A stretch of 64,000 bases of DNA from Nannocystales bacterium. Lineage in GTDB: Bacteria; Myxococcota_A; Polyangia; Nannocystales; Nannocystaceae. The position numbers were made by a program, and so were the translations under genes. The notes below the pieces were generated by a model, which had not been told where the DNA came from, did no database searches, and worked only from the letters and a program-made list of their open reading frames with translations. The stretch covers positions 224,001 to 288,000 of the forward strand of contig JBOEGF010000008.1 in the NCBI GenBank assembly GCA_050633305.1, given 5' to 3'. Positions 1 through 9,777 of this stretch are shown in pieces (positions within the stretch are counted from its first letter, which is position 1; each line of letters opens with the position of its first letter).

Positions 1-97
1 GTGCAACGGACGGAACGCCACAACACGCGCAGCTGTGCATCATCCCGGTGCATCCGTGTTCATCACCCCCTGGTGCGTGCTCAGCATCGTCGATGGC

Positions 98-589
98 ATG
101 AGCGGTGTGTCCATCGGACAGCAGGTGGACCGTGCTCTCAACCAGTTCACCCGCTCCGGGCGTCAACAGGAACGCCAAGAGGAGAGCGCAGAGCTGAAAG
201 AGTCGGGACATGAACGCGGAGGCACTCTAGCGACCCAGCCGACCCCCCGCAACCCGCCACTGCGTGAGCCTCCCGGGCAGCGCGGTACGCTCGGCGTCCC
301 CCTTCGTCGAGGCTGGACACCGGCACCCCAGCAATGCTGTGCGCGACCATTCAACCCCTCAGCACGCAGCCACCGAGGAAGGTCCCCTCGAGCGAACCGT
401 GACCATGCATCCCGCCGCCCCCAAACCCGGCCGCCTCTCCGATCGCGTACAGACCGGGGAGTTCACCGCCGTCGCGCCTCAAGACCCGGCACCCGAGGTC
501 CGTCTGGATTCCACCCGAGGCTCTTGCGGGCCAAGATGAACCCTCGAATCGCGATGAGCGGTCGAGCGCGCAGGTCGAGGATTCGTTGA
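98..589 (+). CDS. possible small hypothetical protein (doubtful; 3' part is antisense to the pseudogene)
   Basis: ORF-track frame 35..589; only the N-terminal ~45 aa (MSGVSIGQQVDRALNQFTRSGRQQERQEESAELKE) looks protein-like. Confidence 0.2.
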   Translation: MSGVSIGQQVDRALNQFTRSGRQQERQEESAELKESGHERGGTLATQPTPRNPPLREPPGQRGTLGVPLRRGWTPAPQQCCARPFNPSARSHRGRSPRANRDHASRRPQTRPPLRSRTDRGVHRRRASRPGTRGPSGFHPRLLRAKMNPRIAMSGRARRSRIR

Positions 590-1465
590 AACTTGCATGC
601 CCGCAGCCGATCGCCCCGAGAGTCTCGGGAGTTTGCGATCCGTCGCAGCTGGTCATCGTTGGAGAACCTCCGGCCACGACAGATACGCGCATCGTAGCCC
701 TCGATGTCGGCCCGCATGCCAGCCGCATCGATACTCATCCCGTAGAGGCTACGCTCGTTCATGGCACCGACGAGTTCGTCGAAGGAGTCGGCGACCACGA
801 AGTCTTCGGGGCACACCTCGGCAAGACGCTCACCAGTTTGCGGTTGCCGAACAACAGGTGTTCCCCCGGGGCCTCGCCCCAAGGCTTGAACCAGTTTTCC
901 CGGAGCGTGTCGAGGTTTCCGCCGCAGATCCCCCGGGAGGCGACGACAACGTGCTCCGCGGTCGCGCGAAACGCCTCACCGGACACGGTGTCCTGACCGC
1001 AGAATCCCACCGCGCGGCCACTTTCGATGAGCAACTCCGAGACGGCATGCTCAAACTGCAACTGGAGTCGGCCTCGGTTCGGGTGAGACTCGATCGCGGC
1101 GACGATCTCGATGACGATCTCGAAGCCCGATCCCCACGTGATATGCCAGCGCGGCACGGAGTTGCCAGGATCGTGCATGCCTCGTTCCGGTCAATTGACG
1201 ATCGGCAGGAAGTCAATGCCGCGCGCAACGAGAAAGCCATGAACATCCTCGAGGTTCCGCTCGCAGTCGGCACGCGCCCACCGTTTGGGCCAGTCCCACT
1301 CCGGCCCGTCGCCGAAGCGTGCGTAACTGAGCCAGTCGCGGTGGAGCAGATCCGGGTCGTCGAGGATCCCGAGCTTGCGCTGGTGGGGCGTCCCCGAGAT
1401 GCACCCCCCCCAAAGGAAAGCCGAGCGAGTCCACCGAAGTTCTCGAGATTGCGCGCATCGAGGTC
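330..1465 (-). pseudogene. decayed FAD-binding dehydrogenase (KsdD-like / FAD_binding_2 family)
   Basis: Family motifs are spread over several frames: FGGLARLSFGG, FLPIVN*PERG..GNSVPRWHITWGSG (in-frame TGA at 1191-1193), DFVVADSFDEL..NDDQLRRI, RKSLG/GIQTDL..PGLYAIGEAAGFGGGGMHG..SLEGTFLGGC. N-terminal GxGxxG is absent and there is an apparent internal deletion near 820. Confidence 0.85.
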
Positions 1466-1483
1466 GCACGGGTCCAAGGCTTT

Positions 1484-2353
1484 GTGAACGACGCGGGGAG
1501 AACAACGGTCGCAGGGCTGGGCGTGCTGACACTGTGCGCTTGGACGTACCTGCTGGGCCGGGAACACGCCTCGACCCCCGAAGCATCGACCGCAAACAAG
1601 GGACAACCTGCGCGGACACCCAAGCCCAGCGATCGGCTCCCCTCCGCAAACCAATCGACGCATACCGACGCAGCTCCGAAGGCACTCGTCGAGACCGCGC
1701 CCCTTCCTCGTCCGCGTCCAGTCAAGCTGCATCCATCCGAAACGATCCGCGCGGCGGCCGATGCGTTTCCAGACTTGCTGGGGAGCTGGGACTCAGGCGT
1801 CGCACGCGACTTGTTTGGCGACGTCGACCTTGCCCCATTCGAAGAACAGCTCGCCTGGATGCACGAACGGGTGGGTCCATGCGACCGAGGCACGCCGATG
1901 GGGTCGGGAAGTGCATCTCAGGGCCGGTTCGAGTACGTCTGCGAGCGGGGGGTCGTCGAAGCCGGGTTTGCGGTGTCGGACCCCGATGCCGACAGCCTCG
2001 CGAAGATGCGCTGCGGGGTCCAGGATGTCGAGCCTCCCCAGGCCGTTTCCACCGCGGCAACAAACATGGTCAACCTCATCGAGTCCTGGGACCCGGACGC
2101 TTTCGAGGACGCTTTCGCCGAGGGATTTCGGGCCAAGCTCGGGGCAGGCATGCCAGACTTTGCACAACGACTGCGCGACGAACTCGGCGCCTGCTCAGTC
2201 GGACCGGTCGACCTCGCGAGCCCTCATGGCGCGCTGTTCGTGCTCGACTGTGAAATGGGACGCCGCACCATGGTTGTCTCTGTGAACGACGAAAACCAGA
2301 TCAAGGCGCTACGCGTTGTCTCGCTACGACGCGACCCCTCGCAGTCCGAGTAG
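1484..2353 (+). CDS. membrane-anchored hypothetical protein with two similar ~100-aa domains (DUF3887-like)
   Basis: N-terminal hydrophobic helix, Pro-rich linker, internal duplication (LLGSWD..LF..ERVGPC / LIESWD..AF..DELGAC). Confidence 0.7.
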   Translation: MNDAGRTTVAGLGVLTLCAWTYLLGREHASTPEASTANKGQPARTPKPSDRLPSANQSTHTDAAPKALVETAPLPRPRPVKLHPSETIRAAADAFPDLLGSWDSGVARDLFGDVDLAPFEEQLAWMHERVGPCDRGTPMGSGSASQGRFEYVCERGVVEAGFAVSDPDADSLAKMRCGVQDVEPPQAVSTAATNMVNLIESWDPDAFEDAFAEGFRAKLGAGMPDFAQRLRDELGACSVGPVDLASPHGALFVLDCEMGRRTMVVSVNDENQIKALRVVSLRRDPSQSE

Positions 2354-2365
2354 CCGACAACGAGC

Positions 2366-3868
2366 TCAACGCACGTAGGGCAAGGTGGCCCGGCTCGACG
2401 GGCCGAACCGCTCGAGGTACGGCTTGACCCTCAGCTTGCGGCGGGTGCTCTCGCTGCTCATGAAGCGTACCTTTCCGAAGATCGGGCGTTCCGGGCCCCA
2501 CGCTCGATCGTAGCGGCCCAGGCACCAGAAGATCCCGCTGTACGAGTTGGGATCGCGGCCATCGAGGGCGTACTTGTTATTGAGTTCAAGCATCACTTCC
2601 AGCGCATGCCGAGGCGAAGGCGTCCACTCGAGGATCTTCTTCCCCCACAGCATCCGGAGGTAGTTGTGCATCCTTCCGGTCGTGACAAGTTCTCTCTGCG
2701 CCGCGTTCCAGATCTCGTCGTGCGTCGCGGCGGCTTCAAACTGGCCGAGAGCGTAGACGTGCTCCCGCGGGTCGGATGCATGGTTGGCAAAGTTCTTCCG
2801 CGTCCACTCGGGCAGACTCTCGAACCGATCGTAGTCGCCCGGACGGTGCGCGCACATGTTGTAGCCAAGCTCGCGCCACGTGACGATCTGGTCCATGAAC
2901 GCCTCGGCGGGCGGGGACATCTTCCACCACCCTTCTCGCTTGCCTGCGGACGACGGCACGAGGACCTCCGGACTCCACGCCTCGCGATGGGCCAGCTCCC
3001 GGACAACGGCATGGACAGCGACATGCCCAAAGTGCAGGTAGGGCGACAGGCCGCTCGCAGCGTCGACATCGGGCTGGTTTCGCCCGTCGGAGTATCCGGC
3101 CAGACGCGCCTCCAAGAACGCACGAGTCCGGGCCCGACCAGCAACGCCACCGCCAACACAGTCGACAGGTCCCACCGCGTGGTCGATGGGCAGACTCGAC
3201 AACGAAGGGGTTGAGAGTTCGTTCATCGTCGCCGCGGGCCAGCGTTCGAGAACAGCCTTCGGAACGGAGTCCAACATCGGCAGCTCCGCGGCCCGCAGAG
3301 GGTCCTGCGTGGGAAACTCGAAGATCGCTTCGGGCATCGTTCGCTGAAGGTGCCGCCGAAAGTCGTGGGCGCGCGCGTATGCCTTGTCAGTCCCCCGCAT
3401 CGGGAGCAAACCGTTGCCGTCGATGACTTCGAGCCGCACCCGCAAGGACCTCGCCGCCGCCGCGATCATGTTGGGCACGAAGAACGCGGGGAAGTCATCC
3501 GTCACGACAACGCACGCGTGCTCGGCCAACGCTTCCAGCAGGCCTTGCCCCTGCCCGACCGCACGCTCAAGAAACGGGACGTACGTCACCGATCGTTTCG
3601 AGAACCACTCGGCGTTGTCCCGCATACCCGCGATGACAAACGCGTGAAACCGATCCGAAGCCCAGCGATACCCCGCCCGTAGCGCCTCCAAGACCACCAG
3701 CGGCTTGCCCAGCGCCTTCGCCCACTCGACCGCCCGCTCCAACGAATAGTTGTAGTCACCACGACGGTTCGCGACCATCCAATACAGGACGTAGTCGCCG
3801 GACCCCTCGACCGGAGCGTCGTTGGGGACACACATGCGCACGTCGGGGACGTTCGAGCCTTCGAGCAC
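2366..3868 (-). CDS. phr: class II CPD (deoxyribodipyrimidine) photolyase
   Basis: YVLYWM, SGLSPYLHFG, GRMHNYLRMLWGKKILEW, LNNKYALDGRDPNSY, ERPIFGKVRFM. Confidence 0.93.
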   Translation of the reverse strand: MLEGSNVPDVRMCVPNDAPVEGSGDYVLYWMVANRRGDYNYSLERAVEWAKALGKPLVVLEALRAGYRWASDRFHAFVIAGMRDNAEWFSKRSVTYVPFLERAVGQGQGLLEALAEHACVVVTDDFPAFFVPNMIAAAARSLRVRLEVIDGNGLLPMRGTDKAYARAHDFRRHLQRTMPEAIFEFPTQDPLRAAELPMLDSVPKAVLERWPAATMNELSTPSLSSLPIDHAVGPVDCVGGGVAGRARTRAFLEARLAGYSDGRNQPDVDAASGLSPYLHFGHVAVHAVVRELAHREAWSPEVLVPSSAGKREGWWKMSPPAEAFMDQIVTWRELGYNMCAHRPGDYDRFESLPEWTRKNFANHASDPREHVYALGQFEAAATHDEIWNAAQRELVTTGRMHNYLRMLWGKKILEWTPSPRHALEVMLELNNKYALDGRDPNSYSGIFWCLGRYDRAWGPERPIFGKVRFMSSESTRRKLRVKPYLERFGPSSRATLPYVR

Positions 3869-3914
3869 GAGGGAGCTCTACGGCACAATGGTGCCGCGAG
3901 CACGTCGAACGTCT

Positions 3915-5387
3915 CTAGCGTGCCTGTAGCTGGCGTTTGAGCGCCACCTTCTGCAGCTTGCCCAACGCATTTCGAGGCAGCGTGTCGACGACATGAACCG
4001 CCCGGGGCTTCTTGTAGTCCGCAAGCGCGGCCAAGGCATGAGCCACGAGCGCCTCCTGGGCATCCGGCAACGAGTCGACGAGCACCACCGCCGCTTCGAT
4101 GCGCTCCCCCCACGTTTCATCGGGCAGACCCACGACCGCAACCTCCGCCACCGCCGGATGCAGCAGCAGGACCTCCTCGATCTCCCGCGCGGAGATCTTG
4201 AATCCCCCGCTTTTGATGATGTCGACCGACATCCGCCCCACGATACGCAGGTACCCGTCCGCATCTCGCTGGACGACGTCGCCTGTGCGAAACCACGGTC
4301 CGTCGAAACTCGACGTCGTGGCCTCGGGGTTTTTCCAGTAGGCGGACATCATCGCCGGCGTCTGCACCTGGAGCTCTCCCACGACGCCGGGCTCGACCGG
4401 ACTACCATGCTCGTCGACAACGCGTGAGCGCACCCCGGGAACCTCACGTCCCACCGAGCCCGGACGGCGCTCGCCGAGGAGCGGGTTCGAGAACGTGATC
4501 AGCGTTTCGCTCATCCCGTAACGCTCGAGGATCCGGTGCCCCGTGTGCCGCTCGAACGCTTCGAGGTCCGACGCCGGAAGTGCCGCCGACCCTGCTGTGA
4601 ACAGGCGTGCGCCCCGAAGCGAGTCGCCCTCGGTTGGGTTCGCGTCGAGATGTGCCAACAGCCGCGTGTACATCGTGGGCACGCCCATGAAGATGCTCGC
4701 ACCGCGCTGCGCTACATCGTCCACGACGGCTCGGGCGGAGAACTTCGCATGAATCAGCATCGACATCCCGGCGAGCAATGCTCCGTGGACTCCGATGCAC
4801 AGGCCGTGCACGTGAAACAACGGGAGTTGGAGGCTGAGCACGTCGCGGTGCGACCACCCCCAAAGCCCGGTCAGAGCCGCGATGCCCTCGACCACCGCGC
4901 TGTGACTGAGCGTCGCCCCTTTGCTGCGACCGGTGGTGCCCGAGGTGTAGACCAACATCGCGGGGGCGTCGTCCGAGAGTGCCTCGATCTCGAGGCTCGC
5001 AGTTGGGCGCGCTTCGAGGTCCCGCACGGGCACCGGACTCGATGTGGGCACGGCCTCTCGCAGCGCAGGGTCGCACAACAAGAGCGACGGCTTGGCGTCT
5101 TCGAGAATGTGTCCGACCTCTGCTTCCCGGTAGCGGGTGTTGATCGGCACCCAGACCGCACCGATCGCGTAGGCCCCGAGCATCGCCGCGATGAGTTGCG
5201 GACTCGAGGGGGCGAGCACGGCGACTCGATCGCCAGTGCCCACACCCGCCTCCCGCAGGTCGCTGCCCCAAGCGCGCATCCCGGCGTCGAGCTGGGCGTA
5301 GGTCCATCGGCAACCCTCTTGAACGAGTGCCAAGTGGTCGCCCCGCGACGCCAAGTTGCCAAGAAGACGGTCCCGCGCGCTCCCCAT
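3915..5387 (-). CDS. acyl-CoA synthetase, malonyl-CoA synthetase (MatB)-like
   Basis: YTSGTTGRSKG, LPLFHVHGL, ILERYGMSET, WFRTGD, LPRNALGK. Confidence 0.9.
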   Translation of the reverse strand: MGSARDRLLGNLASRGDHLALVQEGCRWTYAQLDAGMRAWGSDLREAGVGTGDRVAVLAPSSPQLIAAMLGAYAIGAVWVPINTRYREAEVGHILEDAKPSLLLCDPALREAVPTSSPVPVRDLEARPTASLEIEALSDDAPAMLVYTSGTTGRSKGATLSHSAVVEGIAALTGLWGWSHRDVLSLQLPLFHVHGLCIGVHGALLAGMSMLIHAKFSARAVVDDVAQRGASIFMGVPTMYTRLLAHLDANPTEGDSLRGARLFTAGSAALPASDLEAFERHTGHRILERYGMSETLITFSNPLLGERRPGSVGREVPGVRSRVVDEHGSPVEPGVVGELQVQTPAMMSAYWKNPEATTSSFDGPWFRTGDVVQRDADGYLRIVGRMSVDIIKSGGFKISAREIEEVLLLHPAVAEVAVVGLPDETWGERIEAAVVLVDSLPDAQEALVAHALAALADYKKPRAVHVVDTLPRNALGKLQKVALKRQLQAR

Positions 5388-5409
5388 TCGCTCAGGCTAC
5401 CGGACGAAG

Positions 5410-5451
5410 TACGAAACTCTTCGTTGACAACTACGAAGCGATTCGTATAAC
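5410..5451 (+). promoter_or_regulatory. sigma70 promoter overlapped by two BlaI-type operator palindromes
   Basis: TTGACA 5424-5429, 16-bp spacer, TATAAC 5446-5451; TACGAA-actc-TTCGTT 5410-5425 and perfect TACGAA-gcga-TTCGTA 5432-5447. Confidence 0.8.
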
Positions 5452-5459
5452 AACAAGGC

Positions 5460-5843
5460 ATGCAGGACAAACGCCCCACAGAGGCCGAAATGGCCATCCT
5501 GGGAGTGCTCTGGGCGCAAGGGCCCAACACGGTCCGAGCCGTGCACGGCGTCCTCGAGCCCGAGCGCAGCATCGGCTACACGACCGTGCTCAAGCTGCTG
5601 CAGATCATGCTCGACAAGGGCTTGGTCCAGCGCGACACCGCCCAGCGGAGTCACGTGTACGAAGCCGCCGTCGACCGGACGACGGTTCAGGAAGCCCTGG
5701 TCGGTGACCTCACCGACAAGGCGTTCGGTGGCTCGACCGCGTCCCTGGTGATGCGTGCTTTGTCGCCCCAGCGCACAAGTGCCGAAGAGATCGCGGAGGT
5801 TCGCGCCTGGTTGGATCAGCTCGAGAACGAGGAGGACGCATGA
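5460..5843 (+). CDS. BlaI/MecI/CopY family repressor
   Basis: PTEAEMAILGVLW..GYTTVLKLLQIMLDKGLV.R..RSHVY..FGGSTASLV. Confidence 0.93.
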   Translation: MQDKRPTEAEMAILGVLWAQGPNTVRAVHGVLEPERSIGYTTVLKLLQIMLDKGLVQRDTAQRSHVYEAAVDRTTVQEALVGDLTDKAFGGSTASLVMRALSPQRTSAEEIAEVRAWLDQLENEEDA

Positions 5844-7264
5844 GCGTGCTTCTCAGCCAGGCCCTGATTCGCTTCTTGTTCCAAGGCATCGGACTTGGGG
5901 TTTTGTTGCTCGTCGCGCGCCCGATCTTGCGACAACTCGAGGGCTCCACACGGTTCGCCGTCCTGTTCGCGGCACTGCTGTGCGCGCCTGGGCTCGTGCT
6001 GTGGAACCTCGCACAATTCCTCGCCGCAAGCCCGAGCGCTGCCGCTCCCGTACCACCCCCGCGATGGGCCGAGTTGGTCTTTCACGGATGGCTGCTGGGG
6101 GTGGCCTTGTCGAGTCTTCGCACCGGGCTCGAGCTGCGGGGGCTGCAACAACTCCGTGCAACGGGCCTACCGCTGCGCAACCTTCACGGCCGACTTCACG
6201 CCCTCGCACAACGACTGGGCGTTCACCGAGCGGTCGCGCTTGTCGAGTCCCCGGGTGTGACGGCCCCGATCGTGATCGGGTGGCTTCGGCCGATGATCAT
6301 GCTGCCACTGGGGCTCGCCACATCGATGCCCGAGGCCTGGCTCGACGCAATCTTGGCCCACGAACTCGCGCACCTCCGCCGTCACGACCTCCTCCTCCGC
6401 ATGCTCCAACGCTGCGTGGAGATTCTTTTCTTCTTCCATCCAGTCGTCTGGTGGATCGGTCGGCAACTCGACACTGCGCGTGAAGAAGCCTGCGACGACT
6501 TGGTCGTGGACCGGCTTCGCGACCCCCTCACCTATGCCCGCGCCCTCACCGAGCTCGAGGCGATGCAACACCCAACCCGCGCCGCCATGGCTGCCGGCGC
6601 AACCGAAGGACAACTCATGCAACGTATCTCCCACATCCTCCGCCGCTCCAACACCCCTCCTCGCCCCAACCGCCGATGGTCGCAAGTGCTGACCGTTGCT
6701 GCCACCATGAGTGTCGCGGGCTACGCCGTAGCCCACGCGACCGAAGAACCCACGAACGAGTCCGACCCATCCGGTATCGCGATCCGCTGGATGCCCGAGT
6801 CCGTCGCGGCCCACGAGGACGCGATTCTCGGGGCCGCGGACCGGCATGGTGTCGACCCCGACTTGCTCGCGATCGTCGTGCTTCTCGAGTCCCGGGGAAA
6901 CGCCAAAGCCAAGAGCCCGACCGGTGCCCGAGGACTCATGCAGCTGATGCCGAAGACGGCCGAGCACATCGCCGCCACGCGTGGGCTCAGCGACCATGCG
7001 CCTGAACGCCTGGATGAACCCCGATACAACCTGGACCTGGGCGCCTGGTACCTCGCCCAGCAGCTCGAGCGATTCGAAGCTCTGGTCGACACCGAAGCGG
7101 AGGCCGTGGCCTGGGCGGCTGCCGCATACAACGGTGGGCCAAGCGCTGCCGCCGCGGCATTACACGGAGAGGCCGAACTCAGCGAAGAAACGGCGCGGTA
7201 CCAGACAATGACCCGGACACTTTGGGCCGAGCGCGGAGCCGCGACCTCGTCGGTCGTGAAGTAA
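5840..7264 (+). CDS. BlaR1-like M56 metallopeptidase fused to a C-terminal SLT lytic transglycosylase domain
   Basis: ILAHELAHLRRHD, FFHPVVWW, REEACDD; then AADRHGVDPDLL..LLESRG..SPTGARGLMQLMP..AAAAYNGG; ATGA overlap with blaI. Confidence 0.88.
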   Translation: MSVLLSQALIRFLFQGIGLGVLLLVARPILRQLEGSTRFAVLFAALLCAPGLVLWNLAQFLAASPSAAAPVPPPRWAELVFHGWLLGVALSSLRTGLELRGLQQLRATGLPLRNLHGRLHALAQRLGVHRAVALVESPGVTAPIVIGWLRPMIMLPLGLATSMPEAWLDAILAHELAHLRRHDLLLRMLQRCVEILFFFHPVVWWIGRQLDTAREEACDDLVVDRLRDPLTYARALTELEAMQHPTRAAMAAGATEGQLMQRISHILRRSNTPPRPNRRWSQVLTVAATMSVAGYAVAHATEEPTNESDPSGIAIRWMPESVAAHEDAILGAADRHGVDPDLLAIVVLLESRGNAKAKSPTGARGLMQLMPKTAEHIAATRGLSDHAPERLDEPRYNLDLGAWYLAQQLERFEALVDTEAEAVAWAAAAYNGGPSAAAAALHGEAELSEETARYQTMTRTLWAERGAATSSVVK

Positions 7265-7386
7265 GTGTGGGGTGCGACGGTCTGCGCCCGTCGCACCCCA
7301 GGTCCGGCGGCCACGACCCCACGACTCCCAGTTTCACGAGACGATCGCCCGAGGTTCCGGTGCTCGGGCTGGTAGACTGGAGCCGG

Positions 7387-8733
7387 ATGAACGGAGCGCG
7401 CGCACTGGCTCTTCTGCTCGGCTCCTTGGGCATACTGGCCTGCCGTTCGGAGTCCTTCGTGTGCGAGTCCGACGAGGGCTGCCAGCTGGAAACGCTCCAG
7501 GGATTCTGCGAACCGTCTGGACACTGCTCGTTCCCCGACATGGACTGCGAGTCCGGTCGTCGATACGGCGAAAATGCCCCCTCCGCAATCGCCGGAGTGT
7601 GCGTCGGCGGAGGCCCTGGGAGCAGCACGGGACAGGACAACGCTTCGAGTTCCACCGGACCGGGCGCGAGCACGGGGGGCACGACGACCGACGCGTCCTC
7701 CTCCACGGCCCACGGCTCCTCGTCGAGCACCGACGCGCTCGAGTCCAGCGGAACATCCACCGACCCGACACCGAGCAACTACGTCTTCGTTTCGTCCCAG
7801 AGCGTTTCGCTCGGGCCGACGATCGTCGAGGACGCAGATGCGCTGTGCAACGAGCTGGCAGCACAGGCCGAGCTTCCCGGAACCTACGTCGCTTGGCTGT
7901 CCACCGATGAGGTCTCCGCGCTCTCGCGGTTGGATGGGTCGAGAGGTTGGCGCCGACCCGATGGCAAACCGGTCGTCGATCGCCCAGCGGACCTCTCTCA
8001 GGGCGGCCTGCTCTTTCCGCCCGTGCTCGACGAGACCGGCGCCACGCTCCGAACCGTTGCGCTCGTAACCGGCACCGGTGGAGGCGGGAGCGCAACCACC
8101 TCTAGGAACTGCAACAACTGGACGCAGTTCGACGGGGGCGTCACCGCTGCGGGTCGCTCCGGGTCCCTCTTCCCACAGTGGACAGACACCGGGAACGTCG
8201 GATGCGGGACCAAGAGTGCCCACGTCTATTGCTTCGGAACCGACCTCGACGAACCTCTACAGTTCGCCCCTTCTCAGGGGCGTGTCGCGTTCACCACAGT
8301 GACGATGGTCCCCGGGGACGAGGGCCTCGCTGCGTACGATGCGCTTTGCGAAGCCGAAGCCGAAGCCGCCAAGCTCGACGGCACCTTCCTCGCGGTCGTG
8401 GCGACAAGCCGCGGGTCGGCGCTCGGACGATTCGACCTCGACGGCCTCCCGTGGGTCAACACCGCCGGGGTTCCTCTTGACTCCACCGCAGCCGCAACGG
8501 CCGTCTCGGCGCAGTTCGACACGGCCCCCTCGTTTTCTGCGAACGGAGTCCCGCTCAGCGACGGGTACTGGACCGGGGCAACCTCACCGTCCAGCAGCGC
8601 CTCGCACAACTGCGGAGACTGGACCACGCTCTCCTCGGGCCGCTACCACCCGACCACTGCCACCGAGCCGTGGGACTTTCAGAACACAGCAGGATGCTCA
8701 AACCTGCGCAGGATCCTCTGTTTTGAGGAGTGA
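7387..8733 (+). CDS. secreted/lipoprotein with two DUF1554 (endostatin-like) domains
   Basis: Lipobox-like ILAC, Cys-rich N-module, S/T linker, two YVFVS..ADALC..A...GTYVAWLS-type repeats. Confidence 0.75.
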   Translation: MNGARALALLLGSLGILACRSESFVCESDEGCQLETLQGFCEPSGHCSFPDMDCESGRRYGENAPSAIAGVCVGGGPGSSTGQDNASSSTGPGASTGGTTTDASSSTAHGSSSSTDALESSGTSTDPTPSNYVFVSSQSVSLGPTIVEDADALCNELAAQAELPGTYVAWLSTDEVSALSRLDGSRGWRRPDGKPVVDRPADLSQGGLLFPPVLDETGATLRTVALVTGTGGGGSATTSRNCNNWTQFDGGVTAAGRSGSLFPQWTDTGNVGCGTKSAHVYCFGTDLDEPLQFAPSQGRVAFTTVTMVPGDEGLAAYDALCEAEAEAAKLDGTFLAVVATSRGSALGRFDLDGLPWVNTAGVPLDSTAAATAVSAQFDTAPSFSANGVPLSDGYWTGATSPSSSASHNCGDWTTLSSGRYHPTTATEPWDFQNTAGCSNLRRILCFEE

Positions 8734-8751
8734 GACCCTGAGCGATCGGCA

Positions 8752-9774
8752 CTACCGCAGGCTGTAGATTTCGGATTCGAACCACTCCAGCGTGGGTGCG
8801 CGCAGATACTCGGGTTTCTTACCGTCTGCGCAGATGATGTTGCGGTCCCCACACTCGATGGGCACGCCAGCTTCATCGACCACCGCATCGACGCCGATGC
8901 TCCCGGCCAGGATTCCGATCGACCACATCTCCGACCAATCGGAGCTGTCGAGAACGGTGTCCGCGAAGTAGACCGAATCGATCGCCCCGATCCCGATCAT
9001 CCCGTAGAACGTGTCCTCGGGACGGTTGACGATCTCGCAGCCGGTGCACCATAGCGAGCCGTGGCCGTCCCCCGCAGGGTTGCCGTTGAAGAGGATCGCA
9101 CGGTTGGTGACCTCGATCCGGACGTTGTCCAACCAGCTCAGCATCAACTGATGGTGGTAGGGCTCTCCCACCGCGCCGCTGAAGTCGACGCCCTGCGCTC
9201 CGCCGGCCAGCACCAGGTTCTGCAAGACGATGTGCTGCATCGTCTCGGAGCTTCCCTTGTTGCTGAACACGGCCTGACCGGTGGACTCGATCCTGGGTCG
9301 TTCCCCGTTCTCCCCCAACACCCCCACAAAGTGTCGATACCAGTGGTGGTGGGTGAAGACGGTGTCTTCCATCATGTACTCGCCAGGGTGGATGACCACA
9401 CGACACACCTCCTGCGTCGGACAGTCGACCCGGGTGGCGTCGAGTTCTTCGGCGTTGTGGACATCGAGGCAGAACCCGGGAAGGTCGAGCGTCGCGCAGT
9501 CTTGGACCCCCACGGGGACCCACGGTTCACCGGACTCCCCGGACGACGCACCGGCACTCAAGCCTGAAGTCGCCCCCGACGTCGATGACCCCGAGGTGCC
9601 CGACGCAACCTCGCCATCCGAATCCGGCTCAACATCGGCCCCGCTCGCTTCGGACCCAGTGGGTGTCCCCCCGGAGGTTCCTTCGCCCGACGGTGGTCGC
9701 TCGTTCGGCCCGGCCTCGCAGGCCGAGACAAACAGCGGGGCGCTCAGTGTGGCGGCAAGAATCGTTGTACGCAT
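8752..9774 (-). CDS. lipoprotein with a probable right-handed beta-helix domain
   Basis: Lipobox VSAC, S/T/G linker, VVIHPGEY..G..GERPRIE..IVLQNLVL pattern. Confidence 0.65.
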   Translation of the reverse strand: MRTTILAATLSAPLFVSACEAGPNERPPSGEGTSGGTPTGSEASGADVEPDSDGEVASGTSGSSTSGATSGLSAGASSGESGEPWVPVGVQDCATLDLPGFCLDVHNAEELDATRVDCPTQEVCRVVIHPGEYMMEDTVFTHHHWYRHFVGVLGENGERPRIESTGQAVFSNKGSSETMQHIVLQNLVLAGGAQGVDFSGAVGEPYHHQLMLSWLDNVRIEVTNRAILFNGNPAGDGHGSLWCTGCEIVNRPEDTFYGMIGIGAIDSVYFADTVLDSSDWSEMWSIGILAGSIGVDAVVDEAGVPIECGDRNIICADGKKPEYLRAPTLEWFESEIYSLR

Positions 9775-9777
9775 GGT

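Noticed and set aside
1191..1193. In-frame TGA at a Trp position suggesting recoding or selenocysteine
   Set aside because: TGA ends many intact genes in this window, and the same gene carries frameshifts and a deletion, so it is a nonsense mutation
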